Origin: a bacterium
GTDB taxonomy: Bacteria; UBA8248
Direction: 5' to 3'
DNA: 64,000 bases
NCBI GenBank assembly: GCA_965213625.1
Contig: CBDBZU010000004.1
Coordinates: 1,376,001-1,440,000 of the forward strand
In this document: one piece after another, positions 20,672 through 28,407 of the stretch
Position numbering within the stretch: position 1 is the first letter of the stretch
How the letters are laid out: each line of letters begins with the position of its first letter
Program-made: the position numbers and the translations under genes
The notes under the pieces: model-generated
Databases searched by the model: none
What the model was told of the DNA's origin: nothing
What the model saw: the letters and a program-made list of their open reading frames with translations, nothing else

Positions 20672-20997
20672 GCGTACGGGTCGACATCACCGAGGCGCAG
20701 CGTGCGCTCATTCTGGATTTGCTCGATAAGCATCTGCCGAACACCACTGCCTGGGTGTACGGTTCCCGTGCGAAGGGAGAGGCGCGTCCCAAATCCGATC
20801 TCGATATGGTCGTGTTCGCTGGTCACGCCCAAAGCCGCCGGGTTTACGATCTCAAGGAAGCCTTCGAGGAGAGCAACCTGCCGTTTCGTGTGGACGTTTT
20901 CATTTGGGATTCCATGCCCGAGCGCTTCCGCGAGCGCGTCCTGTCTGATCACGTCGTTCTCGTAGCGGGGGAATCGGCTCTTGAGAACAAGACTTGA
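20668..20997 (+). CDS. Minimal nucleotidyltransferase (MNT) antitoxin
   Basis: YGSRAKGEARPKSDLD (GS-X10-DXD), ESNLPFRVD; ATGA overlap with the HEPN gene. Confidence 0.9.
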   Translation: MSVRVDITEAQRALILDLLDKHLPNTTAWVYGSRAKGEARPKSDLDMVVFAGHAQSRRVYDLKEAFEESNLPFRVDVFIWDSMPERFRERVLSDHVVLVAGESALENKT

Positions 20998-21183
20998 TTT
21001 TCTGTATCCCATGAGCAGACGCTGCGATATCTTAAGTCGTTCACCAGTGGGGATGACCCCGCGCGGTTTGGTAGAAGTCGTCTTGGCTCAGAGTCGCTGA
21101 AAAATGGATTCCGCATTCCCTCCCGCCTTGGTCGAAAATGACACCGGTATGACGATACCTTTTCTCGCTCGACAAACGTAATT

Positions 21184-21210
21184 GTAGCGGACAGGCTCCT
21201 GTGCCTGTCC
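21184..21210 (+). repeat. GTAG-type REP-like palindrome
   Basis: GTAGCGGACAGGCTCCTGTGCCTGTCC; same family as the copies at 22130 and 26896. Confidence 0.6.
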
Positions 21211-21235
21211 AAGGTCGCGCCCTTCATGGCCGACC

Positions 21236-21583
21236 TCAGACATGCACGAGTTCCCTTTCAACGTAGGGACGTATTTCAGACCGCAACTCCTGGTCGGTCG
21301 CCAAATCCACAGGTCGTCCCAGTAGGTCCTCGATGTAAAACTGCGCGCCGAAGTAGCGGTGATAGCCGGGCGGCTCGTCGAAGCGCACCAGGACATCGAG
21401 GTCGCTGTCCTCCTCCGCCTCGTCTCGGGCGAAGGAGCCGAAAATGGCGAGTTCGGCGATGCCGAAGCGCTCCGCGAGGATCCCCTTGTGCGCCCGGAGA
21501 ATCTTCAGGACTTCGTCGCGCTTCGTCGGGGCGTCCGTGGATTCAATAAAAAGAGTCCTGTGGTTCTTCCGTTTTTGCGTCAT
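21236..21583 (-). CDS. MNT antitoxin (MntA-like), orphan
   Basis: LAIFGSFARDEAEEDSDLDVLV, EDLLGRPVDL, RPYVERE. Confidence 0.9.
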   Translation of the reverse strand: MTQKRKNHRTLFIESTDAPTKRDEVLKILRAHKGILAERFGIAELAIFGSFARDEAEEDSDLDVLVRFDEPPGYHRYFGAQFYIEDLLGRPVDLATDQELRSEIRPYVERELVHV

Positions 21584-21753
21584 GATCTATCCCTTCCGAA
21601 TCTCCGGTCGCGGCAGGCGGTCGCGCGCGCCCATAATACCGCGTCGTCCTCATATGTTATCGTATTCGAGAAGAAAGCCGTCCACAAGTTCGCCGAACGC
21701 GGCTTCTGTCTCGTAATAGTCGGTCAACTCGGCGAACGCCCGGAGCTCGAGCC

Positions 21754-21878
21754 CGCCGGGTCTTCGAGCCCGATGAAGCCCTCAAAAGAGCAGCCCCCGT
21801 ATCGCGTAGACTTTTTCACGCGGGATGCCACCCACGAACGCGTCCTGTCCGATCATTTCGTTTTTGTGGCGGGAAGCG
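21754..21878 (+). pseudogene. Degenerate fragment homologous to the 3' half of the MNT gene at 20668..20997
   Basis: PYRVDFFTRD..HERVLSDHFVFVAG aligns with PFRVDVFIWD...RERVLSDHVVLVAG; indels present and no 5' half. Confidence 0.75.
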
Positions 21879-21961
21879 ATTCGATTCCGCAGCGGATACA
21901 GAAGTCTCCCTTCACCTATCAAGATTGTCCCTCCTCGCTTCAATCGGAATTGGCTTCTTTC

Positions 21962-22340
21962 GGGGTTGTTAAAAAAGTCCTCTCCGCCTCGCCCTTCGAT
22001 ACGCGGCTTCGCCGCTACTCAGGGTGAGGGAAAGAGGTGTTAGCGAATTCCAGGGGATGCATACTGGGATGTTGCAAACCCCTCATATCGCGGATTCTGC
22101 GTTTGAAACCAAACGGGGAGAATGGTCCGGTAGGGACAGGCCCCCGTGCCTGTCCTGGGTCGCGACCTGTCCCTACGGAAGATGACTTTTCAAGAGAGTA
22201 ACCCCCCTGTCCCCCCTTGTCAGGGGGGCCTTTCTTTCACCTCTCGTCGGGGGGTATCGCCTTTGCCCCCTGACAAGGGGGGTTGGGGGGTTGCTTTTCC
22301 AGTCGAGAGGGGTGTCATCTCTATCCCCTGAAAAGGGGAC
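21962..22340. repeat. Composite cluster of REP-like and MITE-like palindromes
   Basis: GGGGTTGTTAAAAAAG end (21962); CCCTTCGATACG...GCTACTCAGGGTGAGG (21987-22030); GTAGGGACAGG...CCTGTCCCTAC (22130-22176); CCCCCTTGTCAGGGGG / CCCCCTGACAAGGGGG pair (22201-22291). Confidence 0.75.
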
Positions 22341-22351
22341 TTTACACCCCC

Positions 22352-22645
22352 TCATGCAGGCTGCGGCTCGTAACGCTCGACCTCGGTTTCATCCTCACGC
22401 TCGAGCGCCCGCGCGATGTCGTGGGCCGTCTGAAGGCGTATCCATGTCTCCGTCGTCGAGCCGAAGGCCTTGGCGAGGCGTATCGCCATCTCGGCGGACA
22501 CCCGCGCGCGCCCGTTCACCAGGTTCGAGAGCGCCTGGCGGCTGACGCCGAGAACTTTCGCGCCCTCGGTCACGCTCAGGCCCAGCGGCTCCAGGCACGA
22601 GACGCGCACGACCTTGCCGGGATGCGGCGGATTCTTCATGGGCAT
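22352..22645 (-). CDS. higA: HigA family addiction-module antidote (HTH_3), orphan
   Basis: [32 protein letters not shown]...WIRLQ; AAGGAG RBS. Confidence 0.9.
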   Translation of the reverse strand: MPMKNPPHPGKVVRVSCLEPLGLSVTEGAKVLGVSRQALSNLVNGRARVSAEMAIRLAKAFGSTTETWIRLQTAHDIARALEREDETEVERYEPQPA

Positions 22646-23020
22646 GGGGCGTTCTCCTTTGTTCGGTGATAGTCGACTGTCAAGCGACACTTGGCAATCG
22701 TTCCCCTGCGCCGGTTAATCCCTTCTCATTGGATCGGGGAGAGAGACATTTCCCTTGCAGGTCGGTATGGCGCATATACGGCCGAGCTCGCGGTCACAGC
22801 CTTCGGACGCAAAGTTTCGGGAAACGGCGCGTTGGCTATATGAGCGCCGGGTTACTGGAAGTGAGCGTCGCCATCACGAACTTCGTAGTGGAGGATGAGA
22901 GGGAAGAATGATTGCTGATAAGGCACCGGTGTGTCCCGCCCGACCATGCCGCCCTTACAGAGAGGAAGGGGAGAGTCCGAATAGGGTGATTCGTTGATTT
23001 GATCGTTAAGCCCCCGCGGA

Positions 23021-24118
23021 TCACGAGGGCCCGGATTCCCCCTCAGAATCGACGAACAGCCGGAAGTAGGCGAGGGCGGCGTAGGCCTTGGCCTCGATGT
23101 CGTCGCCCTCGATCGAGAGCTTGAAGTGGTTGATTCCCTTGTAGAGGATGGACATGCCCTTTTCCTCGAAGAGCCGCTCGATTCCCGGGAAGGCGCGCAG
23201 GCCGTCTCCCTTCTCCGGCAGGCACCATTTCATCTCTTCTAAGTAGTCGATGACGGGACGCCAGGCGTTGCGCCCCGACGTCAGCCAGTAGTCGAGGTTC
23301 GAGGGTTTTCTCGGCCTGTACATCTCGAGGCCCAGGCGCGGCCCCACGCCGCTTGCGGAGACGTTCAGCGCCAGCCGGAAGACGGGTGTCACATCGCGCA
23401 TCTCTTCCAATACCTCCATCACCTTCCGGGCGGGGCCGTCCCATTTCAGGCGCTTCAGGAATGCCGGCACGTTGCGCTGCTTCAACCCGTCCACGATGAG
23501 GCGGACCGAGCGCGCGCCGCGCTCGGGGACGGCGCCAATCTGGTCCACCTCGCCGCTGCGTGGCAGGGCGGCGAAGGCCCGCTCCACGGCGAGCCGCTCC
23601 TCCTCGTCCGCCTCCCACCCGACCGCGCTCGCCATGGTGGCGGCGAGGTTATAGGGGGTTCGCGAACCGGCGACTTTTTCGTCCAGTTCGGACTGAGGCT
23701 GGAGCGCCAGGAACACGCCCGGGGGTGGGTGCAGGTTCCGGGGAACCTCCGCGATGTCGTATTCGAGCATCGACGCCCTGAACCAGCCGTCGAGAGACGG
23801 TTCGGAGGGAGGAGCCGCCCCGTTCATGAGGGAGTAGACGCGGGCGAGGGCCGCCTCCGCGGTGTCGGGTTTTGCGTCCTCGCCCAGGCGGACGAAATAG
23901 TCCATGGACGGACGCCCCGGCGCAACGGAGACGAAATAATCCGCGGCGGGCGCGGGGTCGCCCAGCCGGAACTCGAAGGCCGCGTAATTGAGTGTCAGCC
24001 AACTCGGCAGTTCGCCGACGCGCTCCACCAGGCGATCCCGCCACGGGTCGTCGAGCAAGACCGATGGAACGAAGCGGCGCAACCTTGGGAAGACGTCTCC
24101 GAAATTCTCAGACATCAT
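23021..24118 (-). CDS. Hypothetical 365-aa protein, putative RiPP maturase (possibly prenyltransferase-like)
   Basis: Soluble ORF directly downstream of and co-oriented with the NHLP precursor; motifs FEFRLG, LEYD, GPRLGLE, HFKL...AKAY. Confidence 0.55.
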   Translation of the reverse strand: MMSENFGDVFPRLRRFVPSVLLDDPWRDRLVERVGELPSWLTLNYAAFEFRLGDPAPAADYFVSVAPGRPSMDYFVRLGEDAKPDTAEAALARVYSLMNGAAPPSEPSLDGWFRASMLEYDIAEVPRNLHPPPGVFLALQPQSELDEKVAGSRTPYNLAATMASAVGWEADEEERLAVERAFAALPRSGEVDQIGAVPERGARSVRLIVDGLKQRNVPAFLKRLKWDGPARKVMEVLEEMRDVTPVFRLALNVSASGVGPRLGLEMYRPRKPSNLDYWLTSGRNAWRPVIDYLEEMKWCLPEKGDGLRAFPGIERLFEEKGMSILYKGINHFKLSIEGDDIEAKAYAALAYFRLFVDSEGESGPS

Positions 24119-24299
24119 CGAATCCTGTTGTTGAGCGGGATGCGCGCATTGGGGCTGAGGCGGCGACGAACAGGTTCGCTATCACGCCTTCATCTGCAAA
24201 GCCGAGTAAAACCACAAAACGGTATCCCGCACCAATCCCCTCTCGGGGTTTTCCGGCAAACCTGTCGAACAGATTATGGAGCTTTTTCAGTATACCGCA

Positions 24300-24587
24300 T
24301 CAGGAGTTCTGGTTCAAGCTGTTCCATGCGTTGGCGAAGTCTAGCATCGTCTGCGACCCGGCCACGACGGCGCTCAGGTCCGCCTCGCTCAACTCGGCCG
24401 GCGGCAGGACCAGGTGAATGCTCATGATGTTGTCCTGGTGCACGCCTATCTTGAACCCTTCGGGAATGGTGACCCCCAGTTCCTTCTCGATGGCCGCCTT
24501 GGGGTCTGTCAGCAACTCGGTGCGGAACGCCTCGTTCACGCTCGCCTTTCTGATAATCTCCTCGCGTACTTCTTCAACTGTTTTCAC
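24300..24587 (-). CDS. NHLP (nitrile hydratase-like leader) RiPP precursor peptide
   Basis: IIRKA...EAFR.ELL.DPKAAIEKELGV.IP...HLVLPP.ELSEADLSAVVAG leader, then core SQTMLDFANAWNSLNQNS; GTG start after GGAG. Confidence 0.88.
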   Translation of the reverse strand: MKTVEEVREEIIRKASVNEAFRTELLTDPKAAIEKELGVTIPEGFKIGVHQDNIMSIHLVLPPAELSEADLSAVVAGSQTMLDFANAWNSLNQNS

Positions 24588-25005
24588 TGCTTCGAGTTCT
24601 CCACATGATGTCCCTGGCCGGAAAGGGGGCGATGTACCTTCACCCTCCGATGCCGGGGCGCCGCAACGCTTTGTGCGGGGGAGAGTGATTGTTTCGCCAT
24701 CCCTCCTCCCGGGCAATAGACGATGCCGCTAATGAAAAAAGTATATATGGGGAGTACTTTTCGTCAACAAAATTGCAACCATGCGTCGAATAAATACGCA
24801 TTTTCCGCTACAAAACCCCTCGAAACCCCGTCAATTGCATGAAAATGCCGCAAACCTGCCGGTTTTCTCCCATGGATGTCCTTCGCGGGCCTTTTTTCTT
24901 GAGAGGGCAAAATGAAGTGTGCGAAACTTCCGATCTATTGCCAGGTCGAAGAACGCAGGTTTCCGCTCCACCGAAGGTCCGCTTACCAGCCGGGAAGGAT
25001 GTGAC

Positions 25006-26778
25006 ATGAGGGATGAGGAGTCAGGACAGCACACGAATACGGACGTACGCTACGAAGCCGACGAAAAGCCGCCGCCCCTGCTTGCTTTCGGCCTGGGCTT
25101 GCAGCTCGCCGTCCTCTGCGTGGGCGGCATCGTGTTCACGCCATTTATCGTGGTGCGGGCCGCCGGAGGAACGGAGGATTATCTCTCTTGGGCCGTGTTC
25201 GCCGCCTTGGCGATCTGCGGCTTGACCACGATGCTCCAGGCGTACCGGATCGGTCACTTCGGCGCGGGCTACGTGCTCATCATGGGCACCTCGGGCGCTT
25301 TTATCGCGGTCTGTATCGCGGCGCTCGCCAGGGGGGGGCCGGGGATGCTCGCCACGCTGGTCCTCGCATCCTCGCTGTTTCAGTTCGTGCTCTCCGAACG
25401 CCTCTCGCTGTTCCGGCGGGTGCTGACGCCGACTGTCGCGGGAACCGTCATCATGCTGATAGCGGTGACGGTGATGCCCATCGTCTTCAAGATGTTGAGT
25501 GACGTGCCGAAGGGCGCTCCCGCGCTCGCCGCTCCGCTGAGCGCTTTTGCGACGGTGGTAGTCATCGTCGGCATCGCGCTCAAGGCGACGGGCGCGCTGC
25601 GTCTGTGGGCGCCGGTGATCGGCGTGGTCGCGGGTTCGCTCATGGGCCTCTATTTCGGCATCTACGATACGGCCCGCGTCGCTGGGGCTTCGTGGATCGG
25701 CCTTCCCCAGGGCGCGTGGCCAGGCCTGGACCTGAGCTTCGGGCCGGTTTTCTGGACGCTTCTTCCCGGGTTCGTGTTCGTGACCCTTATCGGCGCCATC
25801 GAAACCGTGGGCGACGGCGCGGCCATCCAGCGCGTATCCTGGCGTCGGCCCCGGGCGGTGGATTTCAAAGCGGTGCAGGGCGCGGTGGCCGCCGACGGGG
25901 TGGGCAACCTGCTCTCCGGCCTTTTGGCGACGGTGCCGAACACGACTTATTCGACGAGTGTGTCCGTCACCGAACTCACCGGCGTCGGCGCGCGCACCGT
26001 GGGGGTCGCCGCAGGACTGGTGTTTCTCTCCCTGGCGTTTATTCCCAAGCTGGTGGCCGTGGTGCTGGCGATACCGGCTCCGGTCGCCTCGGCCTACATC
26101 ACCGTGTTGCTGGCGATGCTCTTCATCGTCGGCATGCGGATGGTCATTCAGGACGGAATCGACTACCGCAAGGGGCTGGTGGCGGGTATCGCGTTCTGGG
26201 CGGGCGTCGGCTTCCAGAACGGCGTCATTTACCCTGAGTATTTCTCCACGTTCGCGGGCGGCCTCCTGAACAACGGTATGACGGCCGGCGGCCTCGTCGC
26301 CATGATCATGACGCTGTTCGTGGAACTCACCGAACCGCGCCGCAGTCGGCTCGAGGTGGCGTTCGACCTCTCGGCCCTGGAAAAAATCAGGGAGTTTCTC
26401 GGTGAATTCGCCTCGGCCGGCGGCTGGGACGAAGCGATGGCGCACCGCTTGGACGCCGCGGGCGAGGAGACGCTGCTGACGCTTCTGCGCCAGGATGAAG
26501 CAGACGAGGGGTGCGAGCGCAGGCGCCTTCTCGTGGTGGCGCACAAAGAAGACGGCGGCGCGGTGTTGGAGTTCGTCGCAGCGGGCGGGGAGGAGAACTT
26601 ACAGGACAAAATCGCGCTATTGGGCGAGCAGGCCGCAGGCGCGCCGCTCGAGCGCGAGGTCTCGCTCAGGCTGCTGCGCCACCTCGCTTCTTCGGTTCGC
26701 CACCAGCAATACCACGACACGGACATCGTGACCGTTCGCGTGGAAGCCGCAGGCGCGCCGCGCGGCGGGGGGAGTTGA
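25006..26778 (+). CDS. NCS2 (xanthine/uracil permease) family transporter fused to a C-terminal RsbW/HATPase-like domain
   Basis: Many hydrophobic helices, GLQ, MGTSGAF, RVLTPTVAGTVI, ETVGD, ADG.GN...PNTTYS; soluble ~145-aa tail resembles the RsbW at 29618. Confidence 0.85.
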   Translation: MRDEESGQHTNTDVRYEADEKPPPLLAFGLGLQLAVLCVGGIVFTPFIVVRAAGGTEDYLSWAVFAALAICGLTTMLQAYRIGHFGAGYVLIMGTSGAFIAVCIAALARGGPGMLATLVLASSLFQFVLSERLSLFRRVLTPTVAGTVIMLIAVTVMPIVFKMLSDVPKGAPALAAPLSAFATVVVIVGIALKATGALRLWAPVIGVVAGSLMGLYFGIYDTARVAGASWIGLPQGAWPGLDLSFGPVFWTLLPGFVFVTLIGAIETVGDGAAIQRVSWRRPRAVDFKAVQGAVAADGVGNLLSGLLATVPNTTYSTSVSVTELTGVGARTVGVAAGLVFLSLAFIPKLVAVVLAIPAPVASAYITVLLAMLFIVGMRMVIQDGIDYRKGLVAGIAFWAGVGFQNGVIYPEYFSTFAGGLLNNGMTAGGLVAMIMTLFVELTEPRRSRLEVAFDLSALEKIREFLGEFASAGGWDEAMAHRLDAAGEETLLTLLRQDEADEGCERRRLLVVAHKEDGGAVLEFVAAGGEENLQDKIALLGEQAAGAPLEREVSLRLLRHLASSVRHQQYHDTDIVTVRVEAAGAPRGGGS

Positions 26779-26849
26779 GCAGCACTCTCGTACGCGCTTC
26801 GGCAGTGTCCCGGACGCATCGCGCGCAGGCGTAAACCGTCCGCCGTTCC

Positions 26850-27032
26850 GGGGTTGCTGTATAAGCCCCCGAAGCGGTGGGGGTGCGATGGTTTTGTAGG
26901 GACAGGCCTCCGTGCCTGTCCTGACGTAGGAGAACCACAGAGGGCCGGACAGGCACGGAGGCCTGTCCCTACGCCCCCCCCCGATTGGTTCCATTCGCCA
27001 ACTCACGGAATCAGGGCTTTTTCAACAACCCC
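26850..27032. mobile_element. 183-bp MITE-like element carrying a REP doublet
   Basis: Terminal inverted repeats GGGGTTGCTGTATAAGCCC / GGGCTTTTTCAACAACCCC (16/19 match); TTCC on both flanks; internal GTAGGGACAGGCCTCCGTGCCTGTCC...GGACAGGCACGGAGGCCTGTCCCTAC. Confidence 0.7.
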
Positions 27033-27045
27033 TTCCCGGGAAACC

Positions 27046-27633
27046 CTATCTCCTCCCCCGCGGGTGGTGGTCGAGGCCGCGATAGGCGTTGATGAAGGCG
27101 GTGATGCGCTTCTCGTCAAAGGCCTCAAGCGTGTCTATCTTCCCCCAGGCGGTGAGCGCGATCTTGTGCTTCATGGCGGGATAGGGAGCGAGAATGACGT
27201 ACTTCGAGTAGCCGCGCACCAGGTTTTCGAGCTTTTTCACGAGTTCGGGACAATCGCTGCAGCCATACTGCACCAGAACGCCGCCGTCTTCCAGGTTGTG
27301 CACCTGGAAGCCCCTGTCGATCGGCTTCCGGTGGACGCCCCAGGGGACGATGGTCGGATAGTGCGGCCCCGAGGTGGGTGGGTCCGTGTTGTAGGAGATG
27401 GCGCCGCTCGTTCCGACGCGGATGTGGCGGTTGCCGAGGGAGGGCACGTCGCGCACCTTGTTCGCGCTTGCGCCTGTAAAGTAGTAAATGCCGATGACGA
27501 CCGCCGCGATGACGATCACCCACACGAACGATGCGGTGCGCTTGTTCCTGGAGCCTTTGGCTTTGGCCTGACGCGAAGGGCCGCGTTTCGTGGAACCGGG
27601 GGATTTCCTTTTTCCTTTGGATTTTCTGGACAA
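27046..27633 (-). CDS. DUF3105 domain membrane-anchored protein
   Basis: Basic N-terminus, one TM helix, YNTDPPTSGPHY, VHNLEDGGV.VQY, ALTAWG; start codon uncertain. Confidence 0.8.
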   Translation of the reverse strand: MSRKSKGKRKSPGSTKRGPSRQAKAKGSRNKRTASFVWVIVIAAVVIGIYYFTGASANKVRDVPSLGNRHIRVGTSGAISYNTDPPTSGPHYPTIVPWGVHRKPIDRGFQVHNLEDGGVLVQYGCSDCPELVKKLENLVRGYSKYVILAPYPAMKHKIALTAWGKIDTLEAFDEKRITAFINAYRGLDHHPRGRR

Positions 27634-27966
27634 GGCGGGACCTTTCTCGATGTTGCGGTGGTCGGCGGCGTCTGGATACCCCGAGGGGTCGCGCCTCAAG
27701 ATACGTAATCGCGAGAGTCGGGACAAGCGGGCGTCGGGTGAAATTTTCGAGGTTTCATTCCCCTTCGGCGCAGATTTGATTCACGCGCACGCGCTCGTGA
27801 AGCCCGGGTTTTAGGGGAGTTGCAGGCCGCCGCACCGGATTCCACCGGTCATACGAGAACGAAAAAATCAGTTGCGCGACGCGTGAGTCTTATATACATT
27901 TAGCAGGCGTTCGAATATGCTTGGGCGTTCATTGAGCAAAGTCAGGGCAATGGAGAGGTAGGGACG

Positions 27967-28407
27967 ATGGATTCGTGCAGGATACTCGTAGTCGATGATG
28001 AAGCCGACCTGGAAGACCTCGTGAATCAGCGCATGCGGCGCGATATTCGCAGCGGCCGCTATTCGTTCGTGTTCGCCCGCAACGGAGTCGAAGCGCTTGA
28101 AAGACTGAGTGAAGACAGTGACATCGACATCGTCATCACCGACATCAACATGCCGGAGATGGACGGCCTCACCCTGCTCGAGCAAATCCCGGCTTATGAC
28201 CCCAAACTCCGCTGCGTCATCGTCTCCGCGTATGGAGACATGAAAAACATCCGCACGGCGATGAACCGGGGCGCATTCGATTTCCTCAACAAGCCGATCG
28301 ATTTCCAGGACTTGCGGCAGACCATTGAAAAATCTCTGGAGCATCTCGCGAATATACGGGAGGCTTTTGAGGCGCGCGACAAGATGCTGACGGAAGGGAG
28401 GTCGTGA
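27967..28407 (+). CDS. Single-domain response regulator (REC)
   Basis: ILVVDDE, TDINMPEMDG, SAYG, FLNKP. Confidence 0.92.
   Translation: MDSCRILVVDDEADLEDLVNQRMRRDIRSGRYSFVFARNGVEALERLSEDSDIDIVITDINMPEMDGLTLLEQIPAYDPKLRCVIVSAYGDMKNIRTAMNRGAFDFLNKPIDFQDLRQTIEKSLEHLANIREAFEARDKMLTEGRS

Noticed and set aside
21359-22027. 222-aa ORF as a real gene
   Set aside because: It is a chimera of antisense MNT sequence, the MNT relic and a REP element
22790-22830. GGACGCAAAG resembling a c-di-GMP-I riboswitch
   Set aside because: The upstream GCAAAC-GAAA stem is absent and no same-strand gene follows
24588-24716. 43-aa N-terminal extension of the NHLP precursor
   Set aside because: Leader homology begins at the GTG at 24587, which has a GGAG RBS
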